NCBI GenBank assembly: GCA_028023455.1
Contig: JAQFVV010000007.1
Location: forward strand, 15,872,001 to 15,936,000
DNA length: 64,000 nt
Reading direction: 5' to 3'
Source: Epiperipatus broadwayi
Taxonomy: Eukaryota; Animalia; Onychophora
The position numbers were made by a program, and so were the translations under genes. The stretch's first letter is position 1. Each line of letters starts with the position of its first letter. Under the pieces are notes generated by a model. That model did no database searches. It saw nothing but the letters and a program-made list of their open reading frames with translations, and was not told where the DNA came from. Positions 40,040-51,445 of this stretch are shown one piece after another.

Positions 40040-40760
40040 AGGGATTTGAATTCTGGATTTTTCAATCTATTTATCCTCCACTCAATCTCAAGCAATCGAT
40101 ATGCATGACCTCATACATGCAAAAAAGATATATGATCCCCAATAAATGTATTTTGTGCAGAACCAGCACTCATCAGTTAGGCCAAATCATAATCTACCAT
40201 ATATATATAATCAGTGCACAGTTTATATTAAGATAGCAATTCTTTAACCTTTTATGGACAGGCTTCAATCTTCTCACCTTCCCAATTATTCAATCATCCA
40301 TTTTATTGAAAAACCGGTGATGGAATGTTCAAAGCCCTTTTTGGATTTGATTTATAGTCATACCATGTAGACATTACATATGTTTGATGATTTGGTGGGT
40401 TAGTTGGCATAATGTCTACATGGGCGTGGCTATAATATCATATCAGCAAGGGTTTTGAGCATTCCATCACCGGTTTTTCAATGAAATGGACTGTTGAATA
40501 GTCAAAAGGATGAAAATATTGAAACCCATCCATTACAATTTGAGGAATTGTGCTGACTTAATATAAACAAAGCACTGATTGTATATATGTGTGGGAGATA
40601 ATGATCTGGCCCAGTTAATGCATTCTGGTTCTGCAAGAAATACATATATTGGTGAGCATATATCTTTTTTGCATACATGCGATCATGTGTATTGGTTGCT
40701 TGAGATAAAATGGAGGATGAACAAATTGAAAAATCCGAGTTCAAACCGCTCTATTTAGTA
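40040..40760. mobile_element. Two family-B copies joined head-to-head (~700-bp imperfect palindrome)
   Basis: Arms 40040-40373 and ~40412-40760 are reverse complements (e.g. TTGAAAAACCGGTGATGGAATG / CATTCCATCACCGGTTTTTCAA). HHR motifs at 40133-40190 (-) and 40601-40660 (+). Confidence 0.88.
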
Positions 40761-41073
40761 CATATTTATACATTTATCTTTGGTCATTTTACTTTTGAAA
40801 TAATCACTTACCGCAAAATTGCTTTTTTAATAAGTATATCAAATTAAATTAAGTGCATGCATTGTGTAGACAATGTTATTTCTCATTTATTACACATATG
40901 CAAACAAAAAGCAATCCTCTCTGATTTAAAAGAAAAACACTATATATTTTTATGTGAAGATTTTTCACTATATTTATATATATGGATATTCTGAATAATA
41001 AAACTTAAAGTTTCTGATCAACAGTAATTTGAAAGAAAGTATGTCTTTTGAGCAAAACTGAATTGAACAGTCA

Positions 41074-41610
41074 CATGATCACCATTTCTTGTGCTTGCTT
41101 GTAATTGTTATTAAAAACAGGCAAAACTCACTATACATATTACCACACCACACACGTATTGCCTGTTTTAATAACAATTCTAAGCAAGCATAAGAAATGG
41201 TGATCATGAGATGTTTATTGGCTTAAAACCAATCCTGCCTCATAGGATAGTGGTGGCTATGGTTATTAAAGAACCAAAACACCAAAATGTATAGGTACTG
41301 AACTGAGTTCAGACCTATATGACTATATAGGCTAATGCACTTGGATTGAAAATATTAAGGTGTTTTCAATTTAAGACTCATACTTTTGTAGTTAAGGTGG
41401 CTGCTGGAAGGTTGCATTCAATCCTAAGATCTAGGTGCTGTGCTCCCAGATCCAAGACTCCTCACTGATGAAGGCCGCAAGCCAGAAACTAGTCTGTGGA
41501 TATTGGATGAGTAAGCACTAGATGGGGATTTTATGCACAAGCCTTCTGGCATCCAATGATTATTCTAGCTCACAGTGTGTGGCAATACGTATAGTTAGTT
41601 TTGCATGTTT
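41074..41610 (+). mobile_element. Family-A element: full ~442-bp monomer (+) with a short inverted copy at its 5' end
   Basis: TTGCCTGTTT at 41159 recurs as TTGCATGTTT at 41601. 41074-41158 is the reverse complement of the monomer junction region. Confidence 0.85.
41452..41508 (+). ncRNA. Type I hammerhead ribozyme motif, family A (best-preserved copy)
   Basis: ATCCAA-gac-TCCTCA CTGATGA A GGC-CGCAA-GCC A GAAA C-TA-G TC TGTGGA-ta-TTGGAT. Intact core, helix II, palindromic ACTAGT helix III, GUC cleavage triplet (41492-41494) and extended helix I with internal loop. Confidence 0.8.
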
Positions 41611-43419
41611 AAATTGAACAGTGTTAAAGATTTAAAGAAATATCTGTTAAATATCATTACTACGGAGAAAAGTCTGCCTTGTAAAATGCATATTGTATTA
41701 AATAAAACATTAGTCAAAAAAAATCTGTGTTTACATAATATTTTTTATGGAAGTACAGACATGATATGATTTTTGTAAAATTCTTAACATCACTAGCATT
41801 GGTTAATTTCTGAATTTATATTATATACAGAAAGCTTTTGTAATATATTCTGCTTCCTGCATATAAAGAGCCTTTATATGATTAGTTGTAATAGTGATTA
41901 TCTTCATCAGTAAGACTATTGGTGCCTTCTGCTAATGCCACTTGAAAGCAATGGCATCATCATATGATAAAAATGGAAGGTTCATCTTCCTCCACTCAAA
42001 AAATATTGTACAATTAATATTCACTATATAATTAAAAACACTTTTATGATATATATAATATAATGCTGTTAAAGGAGTTGAAAATATGATTTACTCATTT
42101 AATGTTCATTGTTCATACAAAAGCAAAGAAGACCGTTATTATTAACAAACAAATTCTGCAAAACAAAATATATGTCAAATTTTATTTGGCAACTGGTTAA
42201 AAAATATGTAACCATCCCTAAAATACAATTTATTTTATTAATTATTTTATATTACTGTAATAATAGAAATGTTTGTTTCCACAAGACCAGTAAAACGATT
42301 TCTATACATCCACATACACATTTCAAAAATAAACTTTTAATCACACACAATAATAATGTATACTAAAGTAAACTGAATTATGAGTACATTAGTGAAAATG
42401 TGACTTACTATCCTAATTTTTATTTAAATTTGTAACAATAATAAAATGTATTTTGTTTAAAGGAGAAAAAAATCATTCATTTATATTATTAAAAACTAGA
42501 GTAATCAACTATATATGACATTTTGCAGTAGATTTTTTGATTTAATTACATTGTATTTTTATATTTAAAAAAAAAAGGCAGACTCTTAATTTTTAAATTG
42601 TTATAGTACCGGAAAAAAAAATCAAAGCTTTTGTCATTGGCTGTTTTCAAAAAAAGAAAACAAGCAATGGTAATGTGGCATAACATCTATCAAAAAATAA
42701 TTATAAAATATACATTTTGTTAACTTTTGCTTTTTTATCCATTTTTTATCAGTCTTGTATGACATGATTTCAAAATAGCAATTGTAAAATGTTTAAAATT
42801 ATTTATCATTATTTTTTTAAATAAAAAAAGCACAATTATAATGGTCTCATTATATACTTTATTTACACATAGGTTAATGCTTTTTTAAAAAAATATTAAT
42901 AATATGCTTAGTAAATTGTTTATTCTCCAATTACTACTTTTATTTTTTAATTTTAAGTTGTTGTTTTTTATTGATCATTTAAGTTTATTGTGCAATTAAT
43001 ATCTATGATAATGAATGTATTTTTTTTGTTATAGCAAACTATTATAATTGTTTGCTTTCTTATATCAGCTTTTTGGTTTACTAATTAGAAGATTTTGGGA
43101 CTTTTATTTCCTTCTTTATTTGGATAAAACTGTATTATTTTATTATATATAAGTTCAATTTGAATTTGGGTTTGGTCAACATTAAAAATTTAAAAAGATT
43201 ATAATCATGCATAAGATTTTTTTCCCAGTTGCACAGTCTATAACCAATCTAGCTAACCATTCATTATTGGTCAGTAAATGGGCATTATAATTTTTTCATA
43301 ATTAGGGTATACAATAGGGATGGAAAAGTGCTCAAACCATCACTATCATTTGACAAGCTCATTGGTAACATCTCTCTCTCTCACTCAACTCATATATTTT
43401 TGCCACCTAGCATAAGCAT

Positions 43420-44100
43420 TGGAAATACAGATTCACTGCTCCCGGATGCAAAAGGTTCTCAGTGATGAAAGTATAACCCAAGAAATTAGAACCTAGGGAT
43501 TTAATAAATTCTATCATCTGGTATTTATTGATTATTAAAGCTTTTATGCTAAATGGCAGAAGTATAGTAAGAAAAAAAAAAGGGTTTTGCTGCTGAACAA
43601 CATGATGAAATCAGGAATCATGTGATGTCTTTCTTATTGGTTGTATACCAATTGTAGTCAAGGAATAAAGGTGTCTACAGTTAACAAAAAAATTAAGACC
43701 ATCATAATATATGAATTCTGAACTGGTTTCTAATCTATGTAACTATAGAGGCAAAGTGATTTGGATTGAAAACATTAACATGTTTTTCAATTTGGGCTAG
43801 TAGCTTGATAGTAAAACAAATAAATAAAAGATAACATCTAAAGGAATGGTATATTAGATCCAAAAAGACTCAGATTCACTGCTTCCAGATCCAAAAGCTC
43901 TTCACTGATGAAAACCACAAGCTAGAAACTAGTCTGGGGATATTGGATGATAGTATTGGATATGGATTTATTAAGCACTACCATCTGGCATCTACTGATT
44001 ACCAAAGCTTACACCAGATGGCAAAAATGTGATGAAAATATGATTCTGTTCTAAATAACATGATGTAAGCAGGGGCCAGGTGTTATCTTATTAGTTCTGC
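43420..44100 (+). mobile_element. Family-A tandem array (~1.5 monomers, HHR-to-HHR period 443 bp)
   Basis: Decayed core GTGATGA at 43462 and intact core CTGATGA at 43905; downstream CATCTGG..ATTA..AAAGCTT..ATGGCA segments are repeated. Confidence 0.8.
43890..43949 (+). ncRNA. Type I hammerhead ribozyme motif, family A
   Basis: ATCCAA-aagc-TCTTCA CTGATGA A AAC-CACAA-GCT A GAAACTAGTC TGGGGA-ta-TTGGAT; one mismatch in helix II. Confidence 0.72.
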
Positions 44101-44479
44101 ACTTCTAAGTAATTTAACAGGGCACAATTAATAAGAGATTTCTACAAAAGATAGGGAAAATGTATGGATCATTTTTATGTAAATATTATGGATAACAATA
44201 CCTTTACTAGAGACAAACATTGGAAGCATTAATTTAAAATAGAAATTTCAAAAAGACATTCACCTAGCACTTGGGATCTGTTTACACGAATCATAGATTT
44301 TAATGATTTTCATTGACAGAAATACTTCAATCAGTTGTTTTATGATTTAATATAATTAAGAATAAATTTGTTGATTTAATGAATGGATATTTTTTATGAT
44401 AGAACTTTTAATTTTGTGGTTTACTTCAATATACTATATTCATTTTATTTATTATGGTATATAACAAATAAAATATTCT

Positions 44480-46030
44480 TTTGAAGCCTAAAATACACCA
44501 AGATTACATATTTGGGTTCAATTTGACCGGGGGGGGGGGGAGGGGTAGAACGGTGGCGTGGCAGTCTAATTCATTTCTATTTTATTCTTTTTTTTTTTTT
44601 AATGATAAGTATAACTTTTTTATTATATTATAAATCTAATATGCGTTTTTCATATTGAAAAGATAATTTTATTTACATGCGTGTAGTCTATGATTGTTTT
44701 CAAAACGAAACAATACAAAGGTACATAAAGCAATGAAATCGAAATCAATCAACCAGCAAACACTGACACAAAACTTAATGTATAAAGAATGTAAAAAATA
44801 AATTGTCCTGATATTGAAATATAGATTATGTAAATAACAATCAAAGCGAAACAATCGAGCCTAATTAGTACACTTTAAAAACAAAAGAAAACTTTTTCTG
44901 GAAACAAAGGCTTAATAATCAAATAAAAGAAAATGACCGAAATGGGGGCATAAAAGAATCATAATATCATAAGTCATTATTGGTCTATCATGATTATATT
45001 ACTTCCAAATAACAATACCATCGAATCTTGTTTTAATTATAAATATGTCAAACCTGCCTTCAGGCGAGTACGACAATCAAACCCTCCCCCTTATTCCAAG
45101 TCCACCTCATCTTTTCCTGCAGCAATACAGAGTAGATTACTTACGCGGAGGTAATTAGGTGTTCTGCTTTAAATTAAAAATGTAAAACTTGTTCACTCAT
45201 ATATATATATGCATTACTTTTTGATAAAAATATAATTTTAAGACTGCTATATAATTTAAAATCTCCACCTCTTACCAATAAAATACACCAAGATTACATA
45301 TTTGGTTTCATTTTGGAGAGGGTAAAACGAGTGACACTGTCATCCACCTCTTTCTGGGAAGGTTATTTTAATATGTAACGAATTATTGAATCCGTCTGGG
45401 AGAAAAGCACCCGTAAGACCCCTTATTATTTAACATTCTTCGTGTTTTCAACAAATACATACAAATCTTAGAACAGTTATAAAATTATTGTGAATATTTT
45501 AATTAAAGGAAACAAACAAAATTCACTTCAACTACGCGGTGTTTTAATTAAATTTGATAAAATCTGTCTTTATTTTAATTAGACTACTGTTTTGAAAACG
45601 CTCTTGAGAATAGATATTTAAAAATTCGCTGCTTCTTGTAAGATACATTTAAAACAATTTTGATCAAAACACGTAGTTCTGGATTATATATACAATATCT
45701 AGCTGCCTCATTCTCATACTAAATCGTTTCAATTTGGATATAATATTAATAAAGGGTCGGTGATTTACTGGTTAGCACCCCCTCTTCAACGACTACCGAC
45801 CTGGGATTTAAATATGACTGGAGTTTTTTTTCCAGACGGTTGTGAAAATTTTACAACAAAATTCGAATTTCTTTAAAAGTAATTATACTGTAGACAGCAA
45901 TAAAGGGAGCATTTTGGTATTCTTACATTCTTCCGTATTTGGATGAATAAAGTATCTTTTATCTCTACTTAACTACAAAACTATGAGAATAAAATTGAAA
46001 ACACAATAATATTTTCAATCTACGCTCGTT
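44480..46030. promoter_or_regulatory. CpG-rich patch, candidate regulatory region
   Basis: High CpG density versus flanks. A ~30-bp direct repeat AAATACACCAAGATTACATATTTGG occurs at ~44490 and ~45281. Confidence 0.35.
45123..45150 (+). CDS. Candidate 28-nt internal exon (QYRVDYLRG), product unknown
   Basis: Polypyrimidine tract CATCTTTTCCTGCAG| and GAG|GTAATT donor; no homology recognised. Confidence 0.2.
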
Positions 46031-46044
46031 AGCTTATATAGTCA

Positions 46045-46240
46045 TTAGTCCTAAGATCTAAGTGCAGTGCTCTCAGATCCAAGTTCCTCACTGACAAAGG
46101 TCACAAGCCAGAAACTAGTCTGGGGATATTAGATGAGTAGGCATTAGATAGGGATTTTATGCACAAGCTTTCTGGCATCCATTGATTACTCTGGTTTGCA
46201 CTGAATGTCACTACTGTATGGAGAGTTTTGCCTGTTTAAC
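46045..46240 (+). mobile_element. Family-A partial copy with hammerhead motif (G8>A)
   Basis: TCCTCA CTGACAA A GGT-CACAA-GCC A GAAACTAGTC TGGGGA at 46085-46126. Confidence 0.8.
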
Positions 46241-47409
46241 TCTCCGATTGATATCTAGTTTTTCTTTCCATTTTTTCTTCATATTTTACTTTTCTTGATA
46301 TGTTCTAATCTCTGGATTTGAGATTGTGTAGATGTGTTTAGTATGAATGGTTTAGGGGTACATTTTTATGAATATATTACTAAACAAACCTAAACCTGTC
46401 TTTTTACGATTTTCTTTTTTATTTAGTAGGTTCTTTTCCAATATATTTGCCTCCTAAAATATGAGCAATTAATTATTTTTAATTATTTCTTTTATGGAAT
46501 GAGATATTTTAATCCTTTCTAGTATTTCATCAACAGAAAAAAGTAGTATTTATCTGAAAATTTATAATGATGGCATTTGTTATATGTTGGACTATTTCTA
46601 TCATTTAGAATTTATTGTCAAATGTCTGGAAAAAATCCAATCTTATTCAAAGTTTTCAAATAAATCCAATTGTTAATAATAGTGCCCAAGTTAATATATA
46701 AACACATTTATTACTGCATTCTCTTTTCCAATTGTTACTGGCCAGACCATAGACATTCAACTGTTAGTGATGGCACAAAGGATGATTTATATCACAATGA
46801 TTCAAGTGCTATTATTCTCCATGTGTTTCTAGTATTACCAGTGTTAGTACTAGCATATGAATTATATTTGGGACATTTATATTCATGATAACTGAATTTA
46901 AAGTGATACTTTGATTGACTGGACTATTCATTCAAAGATAGCATTCAGTAGAAATTCAATATGCTTATCTGTGAGATTGATCACAATTTATCCATTTTTT
47001 TAAAGGACATGTTTCCAAATGTTATGGGTTGCACACTAAATTAACGTAGGAATAATTTGTTATTATGTGAGCAGTTCTTTTTAATTTTTTTTTTGCTGTT
47101 TCATCTCTCTCCAATATTCTCATATTTTTTCCATTATAAAATATATTTATTGGTATCTGCATGGTTATTTATTCATAATCTAAAGGTCTAGGTTTAATTT
47201 CCATGCTAATACAGTCACTGCCAAAACAGCCTGAAGAAGAGAAGAATATAACCTGAAATACTGTGTAACATACAATCCTAATGTGCTATTTACTAATAGT
47301 TGAACATATTTAAAATTTTATATCAAATTTGAATTTTTTAAATGTTAAAAGTTATTTAACAATTAACCCTAGATTAAAGAAGCAGTTCAACATACAATTA
47401 CACACCACA

Positions 47410-47680
47410 TGACCTTAACCTATATATATTACTATGGAAGCAAATAGGCTTGGATTGAATAGTTTTTAATTTGGCTTCTGTAGGGAAAGATGCATTAGAT
47501 TTAAATGGTCTAGGTGCATTGTTTAAAAAATTATAAAAAGATTCTTACTCTGCTGATGAAGCCCATAAGCTAGAAACTAGTCTGGGAGTATTTATATAGG
47601 ACAGCACTGAATAAGATAAGCACTGACATCTGACATCCATTGGTTACTAAAGCCTACACTAGATGGCATAAGAGTGGACA
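47410..47680 (+). mobile_element. Family-A diverged copy with intact hammerhead core
   Basis: TACTCTG CTGATGA AGCC-CATAA-GCTA GAAACTAGTC TGGGAGTA at 47546-47590; downstream sequence matches the 43950-44020 subfamily. Confidence 0.75.
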
Positions 47681-50114
47681 GAAAAAAATGCTAATCAGAT
47701 AACTATTTAATAACTTGAGTTATATACAAGTAGCTTTAACAGCTTTTTCATGGTAACTCAAGACTATTACAACTATTAGCCAATAGAGATTTACTTCTGA
47801 GATAGTGTTGGCTATTCATCTTGGGGGATATTTTACATCAGACTGAAAGAAACAAGACACAGTGCACTTGATACTGTCTAAAAGTTAGTCAATCCATTGT
47901 AAAAAATGGAATTTCTCAATCTTTCCAGTTGAGATTGACAGTAATTCAACCATTATTAAACTTTATATCCTGGGGGAGCATTTTAAAACTTTGCAAATAA
48001 ATATTCCAAATGATAAAATATATAATAATGTATAATTACAATACTTATATTTAACAAATAAAATAATTCTTCAAGTGCTGTTACTATAAATAATTGAACT
48101 GCCCTCTGATGTTAATGTTCAATAATTGTTTGCTATATATTATTAATAATCAATTAAACTAAATTGAACTCAATTTAGATAAACAACTAATATCCAATTT
48201 TGTCCAGAATTAGGGCCCATCCAATATTAAGACCTTTTCAAGACATAACTTTTTCCATAAAATTATATTTTAAAAAAGATTATAATAATGAATGAAAACC
48301 CATTAGAATAAATAATTATTTAATATTAGTTGTTATTTCAATTGAGTTGAATTATAATAATAGTAATTATGGAAGCAACATTATGGACAAAATTAAGTGT
48401 GATATTTATTATATTTCACCATTGTTAAAAAATATATTTACAATATATAAAAGACTATTACAAACAATTTTAGCTGGAAGAATGAATGTTGAATTAATTA
48501 AAACATTAAATGTAAATTAATTGATATTTTATTTGATAGTGCAGAGCGATTTGTACTCATTTTAAAATTCTACAAATAATATTTATTATTATTTGCAGTG
48601 TGTTCATATTTCAGCTACATTCATTATTTACCTTATTGTCCCTTGCATTTTACCTAGAATTTTTTCACTTCTTTTATTCCATGTACAATCTCTCTTTCAT
48701 TATTATAAACCCATTTTATCTATATCTAAAAACTTTCTGTTTTTCCAAATAACATATGTAAAAGATTGTTATCTCTGTAAGAGACGCAAGACTATGCATA
48801 TGCTTGTATATGTGTTTCAGATTTCCTTGACTTATCATAATCAAATATTTAGTTTATGATAATAAATTTAAATGCACAAAGGATTTATATACAAAGCTGA
48901 ATAATAAAGTCAAAGAATTAGATATAGAATAGCAAATGAAATACTTCAGCAATGTAATCTTTTTTATACTTTGAAAAATGATAATGAATAATAGAAATAA
49001 TAGATTTGAATTTTGCTTAAGATATATCATGGGTTATTTGAGAAAAAAGCTAGTATATATTGTTTTGAATATTTTATCACATATTACATGGTGCTAAGAA
49101 ATACATAAAATTGGAATATCAATCAGCAGTATTTATTGCAAGTTTTAGAAGCTGATATCAGGGCAGAAACATCCATAAATCAGTCACATTCAAATACAAC
49201 TTTGCAATACATGATTATAATGTCTACCTTTATCTATTCTTGTCCAGAATAGTTTGGTGTGGTGATAAAATAGCAGATTGTAGCCCAAGGTCCATTGATC
49301 ATAATCTATTTTATTATGCCTGGTGTTCAAGGCTAACTAAGCAGTAAATCATTTTGATTTATTTATTTCTACTCTTAGCAATTAGAAAACATCTTTTACC
49401 AGTAAACTGGATTTATTTGTTGACTGATGTTAATTATGTAACTGAAATTGCTTAATTGAGTGGATTTTGTATTAATAAATCAAAAATTATACTTTGGATC
49501 GTTGATTGTTTAATTTAATAATTTTTCAGAGCAATCAGGATGGAATACTATAAAAATCTTCAATTGAACTCTGTACAACCTACATATCATAAGAGACAAA
49601 AAGAAAGATCATTATTGAAGAATGAAGAAGCAATATGAAGATAATTTTGGAGTGTAAAATTATTGAGAAAATTTCAAAAGTGATATTGAAATCTATTTCT
49701 AATTAAATATTATATATATTTAATAAATGCAGCACCAAATGTACATATAAACATATGGAAATAGACCAACTTTCATGAGTTATCAAATATGCATATGTTT
49801 TTATAGTCAAAATTATGCTTTTTCTTCAGACTTTTATTTTACTAAGGCTTGGTTTTGTGAAAAATGTTGCAACAAAGGTGAATTTGAAATTTAATGCTGT
49901 GTTTACATCACACTTAAATTTCAACATTACTCAGTCAGAATTTGCCAGAAAACCCAAGACTCAATAAAATCTGAGGCTAATGAATATAAGAGGTAACTGT
50001 TTTATTCTTAGGTTTTCTGACAATTAAAGTGTATATATATATGTTCGTATTTGACAGGTCATAGAATATTGGTCTGCTTCTATTCATTCATTTATATATA
50101 AATGACTTCTATAA

Positions 50115-51090
50115 GCTGTAAACTATATACAACAATATTAAATTTACCATGAAAATAGAAAATAATAATCAATTACCTTTTTTAGATGTTTTGATTGAAG
50201 GAAGGGAAGATAGTTCTTTATCCCATGGTATATATAAAAAACCAACACACCCTGGGAGATATCTGCATTTCTCCTCTCATCACCATCCTGCACAACTATT
50301 TTCAGTGGCAAAGACATTATTGGATAGAACAAAGAGACTTTCTGATGATAACCATTTTCACCGGGACCTTTTTGCTACTAATAAAATGCTTCTTCATAAT
50401 GGTTTTAATTACAACATTATTAATAGGGCTTATACATATCAAAAGAAAAAAGATTTTGATACATCAAAAATTAAGACAATTTTGCCATATATAAAAGGAG
50501 TAACTGATAGAATTGGTAACATTTTAAAGAATAATAATATTCACACAATTTACACTACTTATAAAAAATTAGTGAAATATTTCCACCTCCTAAAGATAAA
50601 ATTGCTTTGGAGTGTCACGGTGTATATGAAATTCCATGTAGGGTCTGTCCGCATACATATATAGGACAGACTAATCGTAGAATAAATATTAGAAAGGAAG
50701 AACACATTCTGGCAGTGAAAGAAAAATCCAATTCATCAGCTATTTATTCTCATATAAAATTAACAAATCATGATATCAATTTTGAAAAAACAAATATTTT
50801 AGCAAAAATTGAACAATATGACCAGAGATTGCTAAGAAAAGCTATAGAGTTTTTTAAAAGGCCCAAGAGCATAAATGAAAGATGTGAATTAAAGAAGATT
50901 AACAACATTTGGAAGAAGCTATTGGAAGAGAAAATAAATTTTAAAACTTCTCAACCAACAGAATTTAAATATGAGAAGAAAACGATAAAAATGATTTTAA
51001 ATCTCACATGCATTCTTATGATTTGAGAAAGAGGATGCTCTGAAATGTCAGCATTTAGCTTTTTCACTACACGGAATATCCCGCAAATAC
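50115..51090 (+). mobile_element. Penelope-like retroelement, 5'-truncated: RT thumb, linker and GIY-YIG endonuclease
   Basis: KFTMKIENNNQLPFLDV..YKKPTH.GRYLHFSSHH (PLE RT C-terminus), LPYIKGVTDRI, then after one frameshift near 50580 GVYEIPCRVC..TYIGQT.R.I..RKEEH (GIY-YIG). Confidence 0.93.
51018..51054 (+). ncRNA. Minimal hammerhead motif (U3-A8 variant) in the Penelope 3' pLTR
   Basis: ATGAT TTGAGAA AGAG-GATG-CTCT GAAA TGTC AGCAT. Helix II has 4 perfect pairs, GAAATGTC is probably CpG-decayed GAAACGTC, and helix I pairs at 4 of 5 positions. Confidence 0.65.
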
Positions 51091-51445
51091 ACACACACAC
51101 ACACATATATATATATAACATTTCAAACCATATGTAAGTAATGGAAGAATCAACTTTCCAAAATGTTATTAATATCATTATGCCAATTTGATTATCAGAT
51201 TACTTTGAAAATATGAATCAGTCATTTCACATTGACTAGACTATCTAATAAAGAGTTTGGCATATTAAGATTAACAGCTTTTGGAAAACTGATTTCTCTA
51301 CTATTAGAGTTTGAAGCACAATATTTATTACCAATAAATATTTTTTAATGTTATACTAATAATTATAAATAAAATAGAAATTCACATAACATTACAATAA
51401 TAGTCAAAAAACTAAATTATTCCTAAAATTTGTCCATGTCATGCA

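Noticed and set aside
47225-47265. CTGAAGA...CCTGAAATACTGT Penelope-end-like string
   Set aside because: Helix II does not pair properly and there is no valid NUH/helix III geometry.
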